Shown: one piece after another, positions 59,189 through 64,000 of the stretch | How positions within the stretch are numbered: position 1 is the first letter of the stretch | How the letters are laid out: each line of letters begins with the position of its first letter | From: the human T2T-CHM13v2.0 reference genome, Homo sapiens | Direction: 5' to 3' (one strand) | NCBI RefSeq assembly: GCF_009914755.1 | Contig: NC_060942.1 | DNA length: 64,000 nucleotides | Made by a program: the position numbers and the translations under genes | Notes under the pieces: generated by a model | Told to the model about the DNA's origin: nothing | Seen by the model: only the letters and a program-made list of their open reading frames with translations | The model's database searches: none

Positions 59189-61304
59189 GTAGACCAAGAA
59201 GGAACCATCTGAAATTGACAAAGAATCCATTGCTTTACAAAGTCTCCTCTTTTAGGGTTCTGCTTTATTTTTTTACACAAAAGTAACAAACACTCTACAC
59301 TATTGACACCTTTTACTCAGAGACAAACTATATCAAAATATAAATACGGACTCATTCTTTTTCATAGTTGCCTGGTATTTCATTGAATGCACGTATCACC
59401 AAATTATTTATCTTGTCCTTGTTGATGGGTAGTTAGTTGGTATCCAGGCTTGTACTTCTACACACAATGCTATAATATCCTTCCAAATGCATCATATTAA
59501 TCTTTTAAAATGATATATCAGATTTTGTCACTTCTCCATATAAAATCCCCCAATGGCTCCTCATCACTGTCAGAATAAAATGCAAACTGCTCATCAAGGA
59601 CTATTAGGATTGACATGATCTGGTCCTTTTCCACTCCTCTGATTTTATTTCATACTACTCACAACTTCACTTACTCTGTTCCAACTACACTGGCCTTCTT
59701 TTTATCCCTTGATATATGAAGCCCTCTCTTTTCTTAGAAACTTTGCATCTACCATTCTGTCTGTTTGGAACTATATTCCCCAGGTTCTGAATGTCAACAC
59801 CATCTCATCACTGAGATGTCAGATCAAATATTCTGTCTTTGAGAAAGACTTTGTTAACAACCCTATTTGCAGAAGCTTCCTAATCCCCAATTACTTTCTG
59901 TCAATAATGATATGTCCACTTCACAATCTGAAATAAGTTTGTCTTTGTTTTCTCATATATTGTATAGTTTGTCTTCTTCCACTAGGTTGTAAGCCCCTTG
60001 AGAACAGGAGCCTTTTGTAACCTATCCACCTCTATATTTCAATGCCTGGGACAGTGCTTGGCATATTATTAAATAAGTGTTTATTGAATGCATTAGTGTG
60101 CACCATTATTGAATAGGGAAGAATGGCTCTAATGGTGAAGTTTTAAGAGTGGATGGGAAAAAGAATTCAAAGCCCTAGCAGTGAGTGGTGGCCTGTCCTA
60201 GTAGAATTGATTATTTTGTCCCACAGTTTTGAAAGTTTACTTTAAGAAAAAGGCTTAGAAACTGTGCAGTGTGAGGTCTCAATCTTTTCAGGCAAGAGAT
60301 GACAGTCTCTGGATGGGAGTGAGACTGGCAGCTGCTCCCTAGAGTTTAACATGCCATCTCTGCCTGCGGTTCCCCAGTGGCTTTCCACATCTGATGGGAC
60401 AAAAGGGCCCAACTCTGTGTTTACATATTTAGGGCCTTCTTCAGCCTGACTCCAATCATCTTATCTCTCACCTCAATAAGGAAGAGCCCTTTTACAAATC
60501 CCCTAGCCCAGTGAGATGGATTTAAGCATCCCTTTGGCATTTCCTTTCTCCTCATTATGGCACCCAGCTTTCCCTTGCCTTAAATACCTGCCTATTGTCC
60601 TCTGGACAATTTAGACCTCACTTCCTCTGCAATGCCCTCCAAAATCCCCAGGCTCTCAGCGTTTTTTGCTTGTCCATTCTCTTGGCCATGAGCACAGACA
60701 TCTTGAGAAATCTCTGCTATTCAGGTCATGACTATGCACTAACTTTTGTGGCTGGTTTTATCTGTATGCCTGACGTCTCTAATGAGATTTTAGGGAATGA
60801 GAATCATATCTTAGGAGCTCTTAATTGTATCACAGTGGTATAGACTTAGCATTCAATAAACATAGAACTGATCAATGATTTTTACTTTCTAAAGTGAACT
60901 GTCAATTCTTTGCTCCAGCACAAACCACTAAAAATTCTTCTCAGGTAGTCAGATAATTTTCTTCACCAAGCAACTCCATTCTTGACAATAATCTTTGGCA
61001 AGCTAAGGATTCATCTAGGTAACTCACATTTCTTCAGTAAGATAATAAATGGTTTGAAGTAAGATATGGAACCATCACAGAGCCCTAGCTGTGGATGAAT
61101 ATGAGAATCTAGCTATTATTTTTCCACAAACACTTTTTCACATATGTTATCTAAGAGGCCACCCAGAGCAACACTCTGGGATCTGGCAGATCAGGTTGCA
61201 GTCTCAGCATATCCACCAAACTGAACACGTTATATCCCCATGCCTCAGTATCCTCACTTGTACAATGTGTGGATTGAAATAGATGATTTCTGAGGTTCTT
61301 TACA

Positions 61305-61715
<411 letters not shown>

Positions 61716-62395
61716 ATGAATTTATATTTTTCAAAAGAAAACACATAAATTCTTTCTTTCCTCAGAGCTTAACTTAACCAAAGAAGGCATGAAGAACAAG
61801 ATAAATTAGAAAATAAATACTCTGGTTATAATTTGTTCAGTATTATAAAAGCTATCTGGGTAATTGGAATTATGGAGAATTAATCATTTGTCTTGATTTT
61901 CCTCTATGAACTATATTTTATGGTAATCAAATAGCCTGAGGGACTTTTTTAACAGAAAAATTCTAGCTACTAAATGAATAAGAAATGAAAGAATTAGAAA
62001 ATCACCATTTGTAACCTTAATTGATCATCACTGGATGAGTCCATTAGATGAAGAGTTATGAGGAAATTTTACAGTGGAGTAATCAGGCTGGCAGTCCCTG
62101 TATCCACTATTCAATGTTAGCACCAATAATAATGGGATTTCTGTGTACTTCATATTACATCAATAAACGGTATTTCCTCAATACATTGTATTCCTCACAG
62201 ACTTACTCAGTATACAGTACTAAGGAAATTTACATATTTTCCATATATTCCATATACAATATTAAGAAAATTTACATATTACATAGTATTGGGAAAATTC
62301 GCCATGGAGTGGAAATTGAACAATACAAATAAATCATTGTTAAGTATGATAGTGGTGGTGTAATTTTGTAAGAAACTGTTCATTTTAAAAAGAGA

Positions 62396-62643
<248 letters not shown>

Positions 62644-63245
62644 TTAGGATTTGATTTTATATCCCCCAGCAACCAAAAAGAAAAAATTTTAAAAGGTATG
62701 AACAATACAGCTGGTGTGACAACTTTCAATAGTTCAAATTTGACAGTTCAATAATCAATAACTGATTCAATTGTGAATCACTAATTCATAATTCTTGAAC
62801 TTGGGTGATTGCTATGTGGAAGTTTATTACACTATTAATCTTCACTTTTGCGCATGTTTAAAATTTTTCACTAAAAAAGAAATATTGAATAGACAAAAAT
62901 GGTTGAAAGGTAGATTCAGAGGAAGAGAAGATTGCTACACTTTAAGTTAACTAAGCATTTGTCACCTGATTTATATGGTATTTGTTCAGAAATCCCCATC
63001 TTTATTGTAGAAGACTCTCAAACAAAATATATTTTTCCTCATACGTGTCTATGCAAGGGAAGCATAAGGTATCTTGAAAAAAAATTAAAATAAACATAAA
63101 AAGTGTGGCATAGAGAGAGTCTAAGGACATGTTTAGCCATCTTAGCTTGTATTAACATTTAAACTTCCATCTCTGGAGGAGAAAGTTACCATTAAAAGGA
63201 AATTGGACACAAAACCTGGACTTCTGTCTCCCTCCCCTGAACCTA

Positions 63246-63629
<384 letters not shown>

Positions 63630-64000
63630 CTACCAGTGATATTATCCTGGTTTCAGACCCAATGTCTGTTGAAGGGGTGGAGGGCCACTTCTTTGCCTAC
63701 AAGGGGAAGAGGATCACATCAATGACTCAGGATTTCTTTAAACCCAAGAGCCATTATGGGTCCAAGGCAATCAGATAGTTTTTGGTTATCCAAAGTGGTG
63801 GTGGGGTGGGGTGTCAAGCTCTTTGGAGAGGCTGGCATCTGAACAACAATAGTAGCAACCAGTCACAAGGTTGGAGTGGTTTAGAGCTGTCCACGGTGCT
63901 GAACCCGCCTCTTTCAGATTTTGACCGTGAGGAGATGGAAGGAATTGGCTGATTGGAGTCACGTTTTTGCATAGTAGAAAAATGCATCAGGAAAACTAAG

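Overview
Primate (human-like) genomic DNA containing the 3' ends of two convergent genes, recognised from their spliced translations. On +, seven coding exons (first one partial) of ARK2C/RNF165 (Arkadia-like RING-H2 E3 ligase) span 1-23197, followed by a long 3' UTR with two candidate poly(A) sites (27232, 29673). On -, the last four coding exons of LOXHD1 (PLAT-repeat hair-cell protein) span 44033-55704, with a poly(A) signal at 43549. The rest is intronic or intergenic: many Alus, old L1/L2/MIR, MaLR LTRs, DNA-transposon fossils and simple repeats. Nearly all supplied ORFs are chance or repeat-derived. The most unusual signals are: (1) an inverted ~81%-identical copy of part of a LOXHD1 exon 1.8 kb away in the upstream intron, a possible ADAR editing-complementary or splice-masking element; (2) an intron inside the LOXHD1 terminal exon that swaps the C-terminus; (3) a TSD-flanked L1 made of a 5' end joined to a 3' end with no ORFs; (4) a very young AluYg-like element in the tail of another Alu. 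Repeat family names come from recalled consensus sequences and repeat boundaries are approximate.
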